Positions 12,686-28,588 of a stretch of 64,000 nt of DNA are shown in pieces. Under the pieces are notes generated by a model that saw only the letters and a program-made list of their open reading frames with translations, ran no database searches and was not told where the DNA came from. Source of the DNA: Octopus bimaculoides (Eukaryota); NCBI RefSeq assembly GCF_001194135.2, contig NC_068984.1:64947013-65011012 (forward strand). The letters run 5' to 3'. Made by a program: the position numbers and the translations under genes. The number at the start of each line of letters is the position of its first letter. The stretch's first letter is position 1.

Positions 12686-14449
12686 ATTCAATTATGTAGT
12701 ACTACATATGCAGAAAGAAAAGTAGTCAAAGGTGGTGTATTTTTATCATCACTTTTTAGTGTGAAAGCTAAATTAAACTTCTTTTCATCTCCAAACTAAT
12801 CAACATAAACAATATTCGTTTAAAAGAAAATTGTTTTGAGGATTTTAGCTACTTGAACTTGTCTTTCACAAAGTATTAAGGAATAATTTTAACAATATTA
12901 ACTTCACCTGACACCCTCATCCAACCAAAATTATATTTTCAAGTAAGTTGTGATCCAACCACTCCCACCTTAATTCATTTGTCCTATAAAACTACTCTGA
13001 AATAAATAACCTTGTTTTCTAAACTGTCCAAATAGTTTTGTGGTCAGAATGTCATTCTTGACATTCTTATTGTACAACCAAATTTTAATGTTATCATGTT
13101 AAACAAATATGGCTGCAATGAAATCAAAATACTGACAGTGATGGGTGTCATTCTCTTAATCAATGAATCTTATTTTGTAGGGAGGGAGAAGACAGCCCCT
13201 GTAATAGGTTTGAAGCTTAAGCTGCAAAACATTTAGCTACAGTCTACAATGAGATTGCAGTTCTTTCCATCTCTCATACAATCCAAATGAGTCTTCTAAT
13301 GTTGGCAACAAATACGATATGCTTGTCTCAAACAAATTATGAATTTTTGACTTATTTTTACCTTTTCAGAATGGCTTATAAGACATAATTTCTAAAATTT
13401 TAAGTGGAATTCCGAATGTCTTGAATCCTCTGAATAGATATAGATCTACTTCTGCTAAGAATTGTAAAAGAAATTGTTCATGTGCTTTCATTTCTAATAT
13501 TTAAAGATTTGCTGTTTAGGTATGCACCAAGGGGAACAATCATACTTGACCATTAGAAATATATGAAGAAACTAATAAAAACTTAGAAACTTTGCTAAAT
13601 AGGTGAGCAACTCAATGGGGAATGATATCTAAATTAATTATTGAGACTTTCAGTCAATACATTGCTCTTTATTTACAGAGAAAGCAATAGATGGACATGT
13701 CTAAATGAATTTACTAACGAAAATAATGGCAAGTAATAAAACTTCCTTATGTGATAAAATATATTTGGCATTTCTGATATAACATTAGGCTATTTGTCAG
13801 GAAAATAAAAGAATTTAAATGGATAATTTCTCAAATAAATAATGCATAATGTATTGGACACCAGTATAAATCTTCTGAGAATAACCTGGCCCACAATATT
13901 GTGAATATATGCATGCCATAATTTGTTGCTTTGATTGTAAAGACATTTCTTATCAGGAATCCAATATAGTTGTATTGTACCCAATAAAGCACATAGTAAG
14001 GGTATTCAGGTGAAAAACAAAATTGTCTGTTGCAAGGAACACCTGACGTAGCCTTTAATTTAATATTTTTGGGGGAAAATGAACAGAAATGTAGAAATAA
14101 ATGCAGATGGAAATTCCAATCTAATAACTAATATTGTTGATAGAATCATCAAATAATGCATTATCTCATTTGATATGTTGGAGTAGTGAGAGGAGAAAAA
14201 TGAGCAAAACTAATCATCCTGCTCAAAAGAGAATAAGATGTATACAATAAAATCTATCATAATAATTGATAAGATGTGGAAATTAGATGATTGCAGTGCA
14301 TGAGTATTTGTCTATTAACTATATACAATATATGCAGAGTAAGTGGCATTATATTCATTTTATATGGATGTATATAAATGCACGAAATATGTGTGAATAT
14401 ATACTTACATCTATATACATCTCTCTCTCCTTCTCTATCTAGACTACCA

Positions 14450-14494
<45 letters not shown>

Positions 14495-14775
14495 ATATNN
14501 NNNNNNNNNNNNNNNNNNNNNNNNNNNNNNNNNNNNNNNNNNNNNNNNNNNNNNNNNNNNNNNNNNNNNNNNNNNNNNNATATATATAGGTATATATGTA
14601 TATATATTAGTTAGATAGAGATATATTTATGTGTATGTTACAATAAATATAAATGTTAATTTCTATGTGTGCTATGGAAACTCCACAGTAACAGGCTACT
14701 GGACTGAAAATTAAATAAACTATTGCACTCTATATTGAGTACACTTTATGCAGACTGCTACCCAACAACAGATGC

Positions 14776-15090
14776 ATCATCATCATCATCATCATCATCA
14801 TTATTACTATCATCAATACCTCCATTGTCATTCTTTACAGAGGTCTATACTATGACAAACTACTACTTATCTAGATCATGTAGAAACTGTCTGCAAATCT
14901 CAGGAAGTTGAAAATGATGTCTATCATTCCATACGTCAGTAAAACTTTTGAATGCATCTTTACCAAGATTACTCCATTCTGCATCAATTTCTTTTTTAGT
15001 TATTTCAGTATCAACTATTTTTAAAATCTTCGTCTCTCCATTTTGGGTCTCTGTATATATCTTTCTTCAGTGCATTTGTTATATCCTTAC
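14776..15090 (-). mobile_element. Probable RTE-type LINE remnant with (GAT)n tail
   Basis: Minus frame KIVDTEITKKEIDAEWSNLGKDAFKSFTDVWNDRHHF resembles the post-RT EI-x-x-RI-x-x-AK-x-AF-x-x-L-x-x-VW segment. (CAT)n on plus at 14776-14800 would be its tail. Confidence 0.4.
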
Positions 15091-15204
15091 ATCAATTAAA
15101 TATTATTCAAATTTAATCAAAACCCTCAATTGAGCATTTAGAATGAAGGAAATAGTGAAATAGATCAATCTGGCTAGTTTTCTTTTTATGAACTTAAGAT
15201 GGAC

Positions 15205-15778
15205 AAAAGGTAAACTAAGCAGGGACCATATTCACAAGTGATGGGAAGCAAGAGGCCAGAATTTGATGCTAGAATTGCAGCTGCTGGCCCAATAGTGAAC
15301 CAGCTCCAGAATTTTATCCTCAGAAGAGGAAAGGTCGATACAAAAGCCAAACCCACTATTGCCAATTCAGTGTTCATGCCTATTCTTCACCTATGGTCAT
15401 GAATGTTGGGCTAATGACTGAAAGACTACAATCACAAATGCATGCAGCCAAAATTGAGTTCTTTCAAGGTGTGTAGCTCAGAGACCAGGGAGGTCACCAC
15501 TTCAGTACTAAAGACATGGGATTAGAATGTCACAGGAAAGAATTGCAAGACAGATTCTTCAGGCAAAGTCAACTGGTAGTAGACCTAGGAGTAGATCTAG
15601 AATGAGAGGATTAGATAATATCCATCATCTCAGTTGGTCATGCTTGGGAACCTAGTCAGAAAGTGTAATGATAGTTGCTTCTGACAGACTCTATTGAGGA
15701 GATAACTAAGGACACTCTCTCACTGACCCTGCTAGTAATAGAGGGCAGAAAAGATGGATGGATGGATGGATGGATGGG
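15205..15778 (+). mobile_element. RTE-clade LINE 3' remnant (Expander/Rex3-like)
   Basis: Frameshifted translation FTSDGKQEARI..DARIAAAGPIVNQLQNFILRRGKVDTKAK..YGHECWA..ERLQSQMHAAKIEF..GHGIRMSQERIARQILQAKSTGSRPRSRSR. Ends AGAAAAGATGGATGGATGG, the (GGAT)n tail typical of Expander/Rex3. Confidence 0.8.
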
Positions 15779-18700
15779 TGTGTATGCGTGCATGTGCGCG
15801 CGTGCGTGTATGTGTGTGTGATGAGATTGAGAAGGTGAATAAATAAGATTATAAAATCTTTCAACAAGCAATTATGTAATCCTGGCAGTTAATTTGCTGA
15901 AATGTGTGCATGATTATAAAGCATAAAATACAATATTTGCTTTCTGTATTTTATTAATACTATTATGTGGTTTGTATTCTGCACACTAGCATATCCCATG
16001 GTTTGATGCCCTACTTTGTATTGCACCGGATATAGGAGTGGAGTGCGGGACATACTACTGTGCCTGATCATTGATTATGTGTTGCACTTCACAGCACACA
16101 TTTATTCTGTGTGTGCGTGTGTGTGCATGTATACACATGTGCAGATATGTATCATATACACACAAACACATTTATCAATATATTTATATATAAATATAAT
16201 ATATACATACATATATGTATGCATGTTCATATATTTTCATACATCTATTTGCATGATTCTATACAAGTAGACACACCAGTGCAGCACAAATATTTATGTT
16301 TCTGTACATGTAAATCTAAAGTCTATTTTAACTGCACAGTTGCATCTCATGTAGGAATCATTGCTTTAATTACTTATAACCATGATTAAATCCCCATGAC
16401 TTTTTAGTACTACATCACAACATGTTACTATTGGTGATGTCATGCTGAGTGTATTTATAGTATGTGTTTGCATAAACTGGGAATTCAAAGCTTTATGTAG
16501 CTGAGTTTGTAAAAGCAAGATATGGTATTTTGGTTATCAATGAGATCAGCAAAATTTAAGATGAGAAAATAGATAAATCCTGCATTACTATATTTCTTAT
16601 TCAATAGTGAAAGAAATAATTATATCAGAATTTAATTTGATATATCCATACACTTCTGGTTTAATGTTATATATTTACACGTTAAAGTAAAATGCCAATC
16701 ATTCATTGTTTAAAGTGTATTTGCACAATAGTTTGTAGCATTTCAAAAGTTTCCTCGAATTCTAATGGCTATAATAAATCCTTTATTTGTCCCATACAAA
16801 ACCAATGGCTTTACATCCATGTTTTCTGGCATGAAGCCATAGAAAAACCATAGATTTTCACAGAATAGCAATAACCCTTTATCTATTGTGACGGCTGGGA
16901 ATAGTTGCAACAATGCAATATGATGATTAATGTCATTTACATACTCGATATTATTTTCGTGATGGAATGTTTATCTGGGATAAACTGCAAGACAATTAAT
17001 TAAAAGTTGCTATGTTTCATTAATTCTTCAGGTATGTAAACTTAGTAAACAAGTTTGAAAATTATTCTTAATTAAACTATACTGATGCAATTTTAATTTA
17101 TAAATGTCCAACTGAACCGTTGTATATTTAGGTAAATACACATTTTTGTCAAGAAGACTGCACTACAAATTCCAACATTTTCAGAGAACACTGGATTAAA
17201 TATTTTAATTGTAGTTTTTTCTTTGATATCAAAGTAACCACAATTTCTAAAGACAAAACTATCTATGTATTTATGGCAATTACAAAAAATGTTTAAATAA
17301 AAGGAAAAATATTTGTGAAAATAATCACTAACACTTTATTTTGCTAAAGGAAGTTATTGATATTTCCTAGCAAACTCTATGAAACTCGGCAGTCACATAT
17401 TTATGATATTGAACTATGAGATAATGTGAATACACTTAATTCACAGCATATTATATTCAGTCCATTGGAATGTATGTAGCTACCTTAGGGAAGTGCAATA
17501 AAGTTTAATATTTTATTGTTTCATTAGTTTGCAGTATTCAGATGAAACAATTCTATAGTTATAATTGGAGCGGTATAGGCTTTACTAATCTATGATAAAC
17601 TACCTTGCTTCATACATGAAGATAATGTCTTCTATTGATGCTCCAGCGACATATTGGATAAACAATTGCTATCACCATTTGTGCCACTACCTTCTGATAT
17701 ACTAGTGCCATCACATACTGTAAAATTTAACTAAATTTATAACTACATTTTGTGTAAAAATAAAATCAACACTTATTGAATTTCTAAAATACATAAACGA
17801 AATCAGCTACAAATGAAACACATGTACACACAGATGTACCTGATAAGTTCAATGCTGCCTCCATCTAAACCATGTAAGGTTCCCATCTACTTTCCTTCCA
17901 TCAACTTATTATGTATCTTCTTCAAAACCTTCCACTAAGCATTTTTATATAATTTTTCTTACAGCTGGCAACCCATTGGAACTCTTTTCATCATCACATA
18001 TTTTCAGCAACCCATCAATCTACAACTATGAAAATTGAAATCTGACTTTAACAAATCCAGTATCAGAGGGACAGTAAAGATATGAATAATGCTCTTCTTT
18101 GTCAAATTGACAAAAATGAGTAATATGCACACACACTTTCAGCAACATATTCACCCCTCTCTCACTCTGTCTCTTTCTCTGTCTCTCTCACTCACACACA
18201 CACATACACCCGCACCAACATTGTCACTTCATGTAAATTATCTATTATGTTCACTTGAGAAATATATGAAAATGAATGTACACCACACTGAACATAAAAT
18301 ATATAAGGTGATGAAACACATTTTGTTTTTATCAAAGAATAGAAGTTGAATTTACTTTTTATTACTAACTTGCTTATTCGAAGTGAGCTTTGTGCTATGA
18401 ATGGACAGTACCAAAATTTTTTAGTCAGCATAGTCAAAATTCATATTTTTATCTTCTTTTATTGGGACTGCTAGAATTTTTATGCCTGATAAATTACCAT
18501 ACTCTTGGTAATTTTAGCATTTTTTATTCTCTTTGTGAACATCAGCTATTTAAGGGCGTTTTCTAGTCATGCTTTTACTCTGCTTGCCTGTTACATACAA
18601 TATACTCTGCAAAGAAATATTACAAAAGCTAAAATGTGTCGCTGTACTTGAAATAAAATGTACTGAAACTTGTTACTATCATAAGTCTTCTACTCATGTG

Positions 18701-18929
18701 AATTATTCGCATGAACAGAAGAGGAAGATGAACATACTTCCAGACTGAGATAATGATCAATTGTAAGAATGAAATAAATTATCTGATCTTAAAATTGCGC
18801 ATCAAAATTTTGGCTTATAATTGGATTAGGATGAAATTATAGCTTTAGAATTGCTGATTACAAATGACTGTCAAAGATGGATGAAAAGGAAACTCTAAAT
18901 GGTCCTTACTTAGGCAACATAGAGTTTTG

Positions 18930-18971
<42 letters not shown>

Positions 18972-19039
18972 TTTCAAGTAATGTTTTGTTTGTTTTTAAA
19001 TTATATTCTTAAGTATGTTTCTAGAATTTATTTTCCACT

Positions 19040-20150
19040 TTATATGCTGCCAAAAGAACATTTGATTAATTCCATGGCAGCGTCATTAAGAGATCTTTAT
19101 GCCGAGCAAAAGAACACTATTTTGTGAACAGCTTCAAACTTTAAAAGCATTTAAGATACCTTAATGCCTCCAAGACTGACCTCTGCGTATCTGCCACCTT
19201 CAGTGTGACACTTTCATCAAACTGGTCGACAAGCACAGTGCTTTGGTGGTACGATTGTCTGACCTCCATAAGACCAAAGTGTTTCAACAACATTTTAGCC
19301 TCCTAAGCTACCATGAATTATTCTCTATTGGTATCATTTACAACCTGCAATCAGCAGCTTGTGTTCATCACCATATCTTGAATATCTTCCTCTCTTCTCC
19401 CTCCAACAACCACATACTTCTACCATCTGCTTCTTTTCCAAGAATCATAAAAACCATCACCTCAGTCATTCTATCATTTCTGCTTGAAACTGTTCCAATG
19501 ACTCCATTCCTAAATATCTCAAGCAGCTTTTCCTATTCTTGATTGTAGCCCTCTTCATACACATCGAGAACTCCAACCACAGCATCTTTCTCATTGACAT
19601 TTTCTCTTTTCCCCTTGGTCCCTACCATTGCCACACCCAATCTGGATCTTTTGCTTGGTCCTGCTCTCACTACAGCAGAACATCACTACCTTACACATAT
19701 CTATCTCATCCTTCCACACCACTAACCTCCAAGAACGTCAAACAACAATTAATTTTTTAATTAAATATGGCTAAGCAAGTTGAGACTATTAATTAAGTTG
19801 CCATCCTCAAAGTATACTGTCTTCTTCCAAAGGAACATCTATGCTCAGCTTCACTTACACACATGCTGTGCTACTCATCCTTTACACACTCTAATATGAT
19901 CTCTTCACTGTCCAGCAAGACACTAAATCTGTTCCCAGAATGTACACATATACACACGCACTCATACTACATGCTTACACAGATTTCCCTACTGACTTAC
20001 GTATCATAATTCACATACACCTATACTCACTCCTGTGCTTATCTTGCCAATCTTCCACAACCCTTTTGGATACAAAGCACCATTTTACACACTTCCACTC
20101 TAACTATTTCTATTCAGGTGTTCACCATGCTGCCTTAATAAAATCAACAT
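19040..20150 (+). mobile_element. Old C-rich LINE-like remnant (possibly L2/CR1 group)
   Basis: Strongly C-rich plus strand, unlike its flanks; fragment IKLVDKHSALVV resembles the LDKHAP motif of L2/CR1 ORF2. Very degraded. Confidence 0.3.
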
Positions 20151-22191
20151 TGTTTTTCTCATTTAACATTCTTTTTCTTTATTTTTCTGCTTTTGACAAG
20201 GGGCCACCAATCTTCCCTCTTCCCAAAGTATTGTATTAACATTACATCTTGGTCATTGTTTTATCATTGTTGTTCTTGTTTTTTTTTTTCGATTTTTGTT
20301 TCCCTTGATTTTGTGTGATTTAATTTGATATTCCATTACCATGCTGACAGTGACTACATAGATTACCACTGGACACAACATTATACTATATGAAAATGTG
20401 TTTTTTGTTGAAAACAGAGAACAATGTATATACAGGTAAATCAGGGAAGACTTCAAATAAAGTAATTCAATATTCTCAAGGAGAATTTATGTTAACACAA
20501 GGAATAAGCAAGCTGTATCAAAACCTGATGCAGAGTATGATGTTTATATACTTGTATATGCTCAGTCTTTAATGAAAGTGCCTGTGGAAACATATATGGT
20601 AATATATGTAAGGTAATGCACAAGACAATGAAGGTGAAAGCAATATTAATGATATTTAGCACTATAATCTGCATGTAATTGACAGCATATACATGTAAAC
20701 ATGCATACATTCACACATACAAATTTCATGCATACAAACACACATAGATAGAAATATACATGTATTCTCATACATCAAAGCATATTCACATGCCGATAAA
20801 ACCTATTGATTTAAAACTTATTCCAACAAACAACAGAATCTGCTTGATTATGAAACCAGCACGCTCACATACAAATGCACATGTACACATTTGCAATATT
20901 TTTTTGTTATTGTTATTGTTGTAAAAAGAGGAACATTATTCAAGTCAGAATAATGAAGGAAAAAGTTTTTAAAAAATACAATAAAATAAAATAAACATAC
21001 ATTTATAAGAATTACAAATTTGTAAATTGAGAAAGAGTTTTATATCATGCTATGGAAAATGTTCGATTCTGTACTTGAAATAAATTTTCCATAATTATTA
21101 GAAATTAATTTGTCACTTGCTTTAAAAGAATTATAAGAATCAATTATATTTCAACTAAACAGCTCCAAATGAAGAGACATGCATGAAAAGGGAAGACTGA
21201 TATCTGAAAGCTTTTACTAATGCATTCCAAAATGCATATTTCACTGAGAAATTGAATAATGAATTGAAACAAACTTATAGAATGATAGCAGTTAGTGTTT
21301 GTTTTTTCACATGTTTAATTTTTTACTTTCTAATGTGCAACAGATGTATTTCTTCAATAATTAACAAAGGGAATACTTTTTCACATGTTATGCTACTCTA
21401 TTATTTTAAAATCTTGATCAGATCTAAAGATATATTCTGTTTTGAGCTTGCAACAGAAGTAGTAATAGCAGCAACAATAGTAGGTAGGTACTACTGTTTT
21501 GTTTAGGAAATTCAAATTAATCATAGACATATGGTGTTGATAATCATACGCACATACACACACACACACACAGATAAATAGATAAGAAAGAAAACAAGAA
21601 AAACTAGAAAAAAATGAGAAGTGAAAACAGACTAGCAGTATAACAACTACTATATTTGTCTATGAGAAATGTAGTAATATCTAACTTTTTTACTCAACAA
21701 GCAGTCACTTATTTAAGCACCATGTTTTCTATTAACTTTGTGGAAATTTGATATTGATTCTTTCATCATAGATCACTCTCCATGTTCATACACATGCAAA
21801 GGTATTCATGCATAACAAAGCATATGTATATACACCAATAATTTCAATAATAAATTAACATGTGATAAGTATAAAAACATGAAGGGGAAAATATATATTT
21901 CAAAAAGATTATATTTAGTATCTAATGAAATAGTTGGAATTAGAAAAGTATAAATGAAAAAATACATAGCTTTAACAAGTTACTTTTGGAAGTGTTTAAA
22001 GTAATTTGCAGAATGACTGGATTTTATCCCTCTTAAACTGATTGCCAAACTCATGAAATAATATTTCTCTTGAATACAGGATCACAAAGATAAAATGGAA
22101 GACCAAGCAAAACATTGCAAGAAGTTGCATAGTTGGATCATAAAATGTTTTGCCTTACATTACAGGAGTGGAAACCAGATATGGCATAATG

Positions 22192-22391
22192 GCTTGAAAT
22201 TTTGTCACAAGGGGAGGGTTAAGTCGATTCCATCAATCCCAGTGCTCAACTGGTACTTATTTTATCAACTCCAGAAGGACGAAAGGCAAAGTTGACTACA
22301 GCGGGATTTGAACTCAGAACGTAACGAAAGAAGAAATGCCACTAAGCATTTTGGCTGGTGCGCTAATGATTCTGCCAGCTTACTGCCTTAT
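22192..22391 (-). mobile_element. tRNA-derived SINE, family 2, with 17-bp target-site duplication
   Basis: Homologous to 703-902. Flanked by CCAGATATGGCATAATG (22175-22191) and CCAGATATGACATAATG (22392-22408), one mismatch. Confidence 0.9.
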
Positions 22392-24599
22392 CCAGATATG
22401 ACATAATGATAATTGTAATGGTGATTACTATAAAATAGTCAGTAGTTTAGGAATCTGCCAGAAGGATTACATTTAGATACAATATAATTATGAACAAAAT
22501 TTCTGAAGAGTGCATAATGTAGTAATGTAAAAAGATTAAAAAATACATGAATAGGTAATGGAGAGTGAACAGGAAAGAAGTTAATGAGTACCATCAAAGA
22601 GACCAGAGAGCATAAGTGAAGGACTTCTTAATATAGATGAAGATACTGAGTTCACTAGTGAAAAGCAGTTGAATTGGGGTTTTTCAATTCATAAGAATAC
22701 ATTGATATCTTTTTCTCACAAACATATTACAACACAAACAATGGAACTAATTGACAGTTATGGAACAAACAAACACTCACCCTCACATCCTTCCATGCAC
22801 CCCAGAAAATGTAACAGAAAACTAAAAGCAATAAGACGAACAAAAAAAGTATATGTCAAAAGTGAAGCAAAACTGCAAAACCACTTTCTCGTGTGAGTAG
22901 TGTGTGTGTGTGTGAAAATGATAAGAAAAGAAGAAAAGAGTAGGGAAAACATCTTATGTGAGAAATCAAGAGAAAAATGTGTGTAAAGCAGAGAAAGAGT
23001 ACATTTGGAAAAATAGCTGGGTAAATATTATTGATTTCTTACAATGATATAACAGTCTTTATAAGCTTTATAAGTTTATAAGGGAGAGAATGTGAAAAAT
23101 TGGGACATTCAGGCTTTTTATAAGAGAATTAGACATAACAGTGGTTTCAATAAGGAATTGAAACTGTATCACACTACATGCCTCATCGATACAAATATTA
23201 TCAATTTCCTTCAGATGTCAGCTTTTGTGTGTGTAGAGTGGGCGAGGGGGTTCCCCCAGTTATCTGTGTTTTTTTTTACTTTTCATTTGCATGTATTCTT
23301 TTTCCTTTTACGTTTCTATTCTCAAATCAAATTTCATGTGTGTATTATCATTATCTTTTCTACAAATGCACACATGGACACACACACACACGCACACACA
23401 CAAATAAATACAAACACATACTAATATAAAGAGATAGCAAACATTCTATTTATGAATTTATCTGTTTTGTGTATCATATAATAATACCGGTGGAAAACAG
23501 AAGCAGAGAGACAATAACAGAATGAGGTGAAACAGACACAAACACAGAAGAAATTGGCTTTCATCTGATTATCTTCATGGAAATAAAAAGGAATAAATAG
23601 TTCTTTTTATTCTGTTTCTTTAGTTACATTTTTTCATACCAAAGCAGAAATGCAGAAGAATACACAGTCTGACACGAATAAGCGGCCCATGTCATAATTT
23701 GTTGTTCATCAGAAGCTACTTGTTGGAGGGGTTGTGTGTGAAAGTTAGATGAAACAAAGTACGACAAGACATAATGCTCTGATTGAAGTGAACATAGGTA
23801 TATAAGTATATGGAAACCCTTTCTTAGTCAAGTATGTAACTAAATCAGCTTACATACATACACAAACAAACACATATGCTACCACACAAATATATATACA
23901 TATCTGCTTACATATGCATATACATAGATATACATTACCTATTGGTACTGTGTATTTATGAGTAGTGTATATATATGCTTATGGCTGTATATGTATGTGT
24001 ATATAAATATTTGCATCAAGAAATGTTTGCTGATGGGGATGAGATTTAGCTTTGCCACTCATAGATTACATGAAGCTATATCCAAAAATATGCATACCTT
24101 GAAGCAAATATCAATAATATTCTCTATAAATTAAAGTCTATAAAGAACACGAGCAAAAATATGAAACATCAGAAAGTTGTAGCATCTATCAATTCTTTGA
24201 AAATAAAAATTAATGAATAATACATAGTTTTAATGTCACTGTTGATGTGACTTTCGAAAGAATTTCATTTTTCTATTGTAAGTTGATTTACAATTTAGGA
24301 ACAGAATATGAGTGGGCAAAATTGTTGAGGCAGAATAGCAACACTAAAGCAAATGGTAAGCAATGATTGTGATGCTGAGGTTCTAAATACTGGCCATGAA
24401 GTCATGAGTTAGAACTCTAACTCTACTTTGTGGTCATATAGTTAGTACTAACTAGAGTAGGCAGCAGCTAAAACAATAATCCAACATAATTACCGGAATA
24501 GGTAATTTAAGATGAAACAAAAACAAATGCTTGAATAGTAGACATTTGCCATTCTTCTTTTGATTTAGACAAATTTAGGGAAACAAGAAAAACTATGCA

Positions 24600-24655
24600 A
24601 GGCAGTGCTCCAGCATGGCCACAGTCAAATGACTGAAACAAGTAAAAGAATAATA
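24600..24655 (+). mobile_element. Family 1 SINE 3' fragment
   Basis: GGCAGTGCTCCAGCATGGCCACAGTCAAATGACTGAAACAAGTAAAAGAATAA matches the family 1 tail. Confidence 0.8.
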
Positions 24656-25328
24656 GAATAATACACAATAAAATAATGAGTCAACTGAGCATATTTCTAA
24701 TCTTGTTGTAAACAATTTTAGAATTAGAAAGTCAAGAGAGTGTCTTAATTAGGGCTTGATGTGTTTTATTTGACTGGTTAGCTCAGAACTATGCTTACTC
24801 TCTTTCTAAATGTTTTTCCGTAAAAAATTTTAAATAATCATATGTAGTACCAATTTATCTATTACAAACAAAATGTCAGAGGAGTTTATTAGTTAGTTGT
24901 GATGTAAAAAAAATCACTATAAAATGGAAATTCCTCACACACACATGCATTTACATGTTACATGTATACATATAATTGTACATATAGATACATATAGTGT
25001 TTTTAGCATTTTTAGGTGCATTTGTAATTTTAAAAACTTTATTGTAATCAATGAAACAAATAGTTCAAATACATCCATGTACCCCAATAATGAATTGATT
25101 AGAACACAAATGAAGAAAGTACTCAATGTGTTTAGATGCAGAGTCAATATTTCTTTCACTAATCAGGCATTCCTTCACAACTGTACAATGATTTCAATAT
25201 GTTCTTTTAATTCTTTGATCTTTAAAGGCTGACAAGAATGTATTGAAACAATTGCACAGTTCCAAGGCATCACCTACTTAATAAAAGATATATAAATAAA
25301 AAAAAGAAAGAATATATATATATAATAT

Positions 25329-25377
<49 letters not shown>

Positions 25378-25668
25378 NNNNNNNNNNNNNNNNNNNNNNN
25401 NNNNNNNNNNNNNNNNNNNNNNNNNNNNNNNNNNNNNNNNNNNNNNNNNNNNNNNNNNNNNNNNNNNNNNNNNNNNNNNNNNNNNNNNNNNNNNNNNNNN
25501 NNNNNNNNNNNNNNNNNNNNNNNNNNNNNNNNNNNNNNNNNNNNNNNNNNNNNNNNNNNNNNNNNNNNNNNNNNNNNNNNNNNNNNNNNNNNNNNNNNNN
25601 NNNNNNNNNNNNNNNNNNNNNNNNNNNNNNNNNNNNNNNNNNNNNNNNNNNNNNNNNNNNNNNNNNNN

Positions 25669-25706
<38 letters not shown>

Positions 25707-28552
25707 ATCTCTCACACATACATACACACGTATGTATGTGTGTGTGCACACGGAGTATATGCTGTGCTGAACTGATTTTTCTAACAATTATATAATCTCC
25801 AGGTGTTCTGAAACTTTAAAAATAATGCAGTAACATTGTATGAAATAGTTCACAGCAAACTTAATAAAATTGTACTGAAGATGAAAAAAAGAAATGAATG
25901 AAAAATATAAATGCTAGCAGGTGATTTTTAAATAACTCATTCAACATACACCAATGACTGAATACTACCACTGCTATGGCAGATATTAATACTATCACCA
26001 TTATCAACATTAGCAGCAGTTCCAACCACAACTACTAATGATTACCACTAAATCTCATTCCTCTCTTTTTTTTTATTATATACCACTTCTGTTTCAATCC
26101 CTATCATTGTTACTACTATGATTAATATCGTCATTATATCTACAACTATAGCCAATTTCTGATACATTTTCCATTAACTTCTGAATGAAGATGAAAGGCA
26201 GATTTGGGTAACAGTTACAAAATAAACTTGTATTGTATGATGCAAAGCATCAAGTAAAGTTTGTTTATTATATTCCATGGTAATACTAATCTAAAATCTG
26301 TCATAAAACAGGAATACAAAACACTCTGTAAACTATTTTTGTGAAGCATGGTGGCATTTCTGATCTATAAGGCAACACTTATTTGATGCTAAAATGATGT
26401 TGTTATTATCATATTCATTATGAAAATTCATACATATAGTGAGAGAAATGTGAATGTACTTGGTTACTAAGTTTATCCTAGTCTATATTTGAAGTGTTGC
26501 GGCAACAGAAGGGTGTAAATATTTTAGAAATATAAATATATTCATTTTAAAACATACAGATTAGGATGACAATACAACTAACAAAAAAAAAAAACTAAAC
26601 AAAGAAAAAAAATACTTTTAAATAAAAGAAACTATGTGGAAACAAAGAAACTGTCATACAAAACTGATACATGCTATTTTAAAGAAGTGGTTAATTCGTA
26701 TTTGTCTTGGTATTAATTTACTGATTATTTGAAGAGAAAAACAGGAAGATTCCATGATGAATTTTTCTCAAGGTGGGAGATATTTTAGAATCTGTATTGG
26801 AGGAAAAGATAGAAAATGAAGAGACATAGGAAAAAGAAATAGAGAGGAAGAGATTTAAATGAGGAAGTGGAAGTAGTAGTATAGTAAAAAAGAAAAAGAT
26901 GAGAATGAAAATGCAAAAATATAAAAATAAATAAATCGAATATGAAGAGATAGAGAATGAGGAAGAAAATCAGTGTAAGCTAAAAAGAATGTGAAAAGAC
27001 AAAAAGGAGAGGAAAACAAACATCATGTTCCTTATGATTCATTATATTGATTTATATTTTAAAATGTGTATACATATGAAAATAAGGTATGTACCGCAAG
27101 TCATTATAATATGCAAGTGTTCATGCAACTATGTGTATGTGTGCATGTGATGAAGCATCTGTCTTTGATAAGACCTAGCGAAATTTAAGTGAGAAAAGGA
27201 AACACTGCTTAGCTATCAAACTCTTAGTAAATTAGGATTAACAAAAGGCAAAAAAATGGAAGTAGAGAGAGTGTAGGGTAGAGAAATAACAACTCAACCT
27301 AACTAGATTAATGAACTGAATTCATTGGATTTGGGCAAAGCTGTGTGATAAGAACATGTTATTTTACTTTTTGTTTTGAATTATTTTTATTTAGAAGTAT
27401 AAAGATATCTGGAAATAGATATGTTCTTGAGAAAAGAAGGAAAACCAAATGAGAAAGATAGAGAAAAAGAGAGAGAGACCGAGAAAGGAAGGGACAGAAA
27501 GTTAAGATAGACAGACAAACAGCCAATAGGGAGGAAAAGAAAGTGTTAAATTGTGATAGATATGCCTGCATAAAATAGCATGTTATACATTTATAATGAT
27601 TGAAGATTTCTCTCAGTTGATCCTCTCTTACATTGTTTTATATCTTTATTGTACTATTACTACAGCCACCACCACCACCACCACCATCACACTATTACCA
27701 TCATAGATACTTTCATATCCAGGTATTCTGCAATTTCTGTGACAACATATTTCTGCCATTTTTCTATTATTACAACTACTATTATTGAATTAGTACCTTT
27801 TTACAATACTATTTCTACTGCTTTGATTACTGATGTTGGCATTATGATCACTATTAACTTGTAGGAATAACTATCTGCTTTTACAAATAGAAATATATGT
27901 ATTATTATCTGCATCCTCAATTGATTTATGTGCCACTCTTTATAAAATAACTTTACTGAGATCAAGCACCCTCAGTTTTAGAATGTTGCCACTTCTGAAA
28001 ATTCCAAGAGGATTTTAACGTTGAGGATAAATTAAGATTAAATCAATATTTCCTAAGTGGAAGCTCCTTAGATATATTTATTTATTAACATATCTTTCAG
28101 TATTAGATGGTATTCAGGTACCTGCAATGTGTCATGAAACATTCTGGATAATTTATTGTCAAAAAAAAAAAAAGACAAAAAAAAATAGACAATTTATTTT
28201 CTCAAAATAACTTGGTGTAAGTGATCAAGAAAGAGTGTTGCTAATTGTAGATTTATAATAAAGAAATAATATAATGAGCTAATTAATTAAGAATATAAAC
28301 AAAGAAAAGAAACAAGCAAATCATAAATATTTGTAAACAGCGAGCTTTAATCCTATTCTGCCTTACTCCAAAGCCCATTAACCTGTGGATTATTTACCTC
28401 TAACTTTCAGTGCCATTAGCTGTATAGTCTTGTGATGTTTTTAACATTAACGTGTTCTAAGGAAATATGCTGTTTGATTCTATCAAAAGATTAGAGGGTT
28501 GGTGAAAAGGAAAAAAATTCCAGAAATAGGAAAATAGAAACGATATATATAC

Positions 28553-28588
<36 letters not shown>

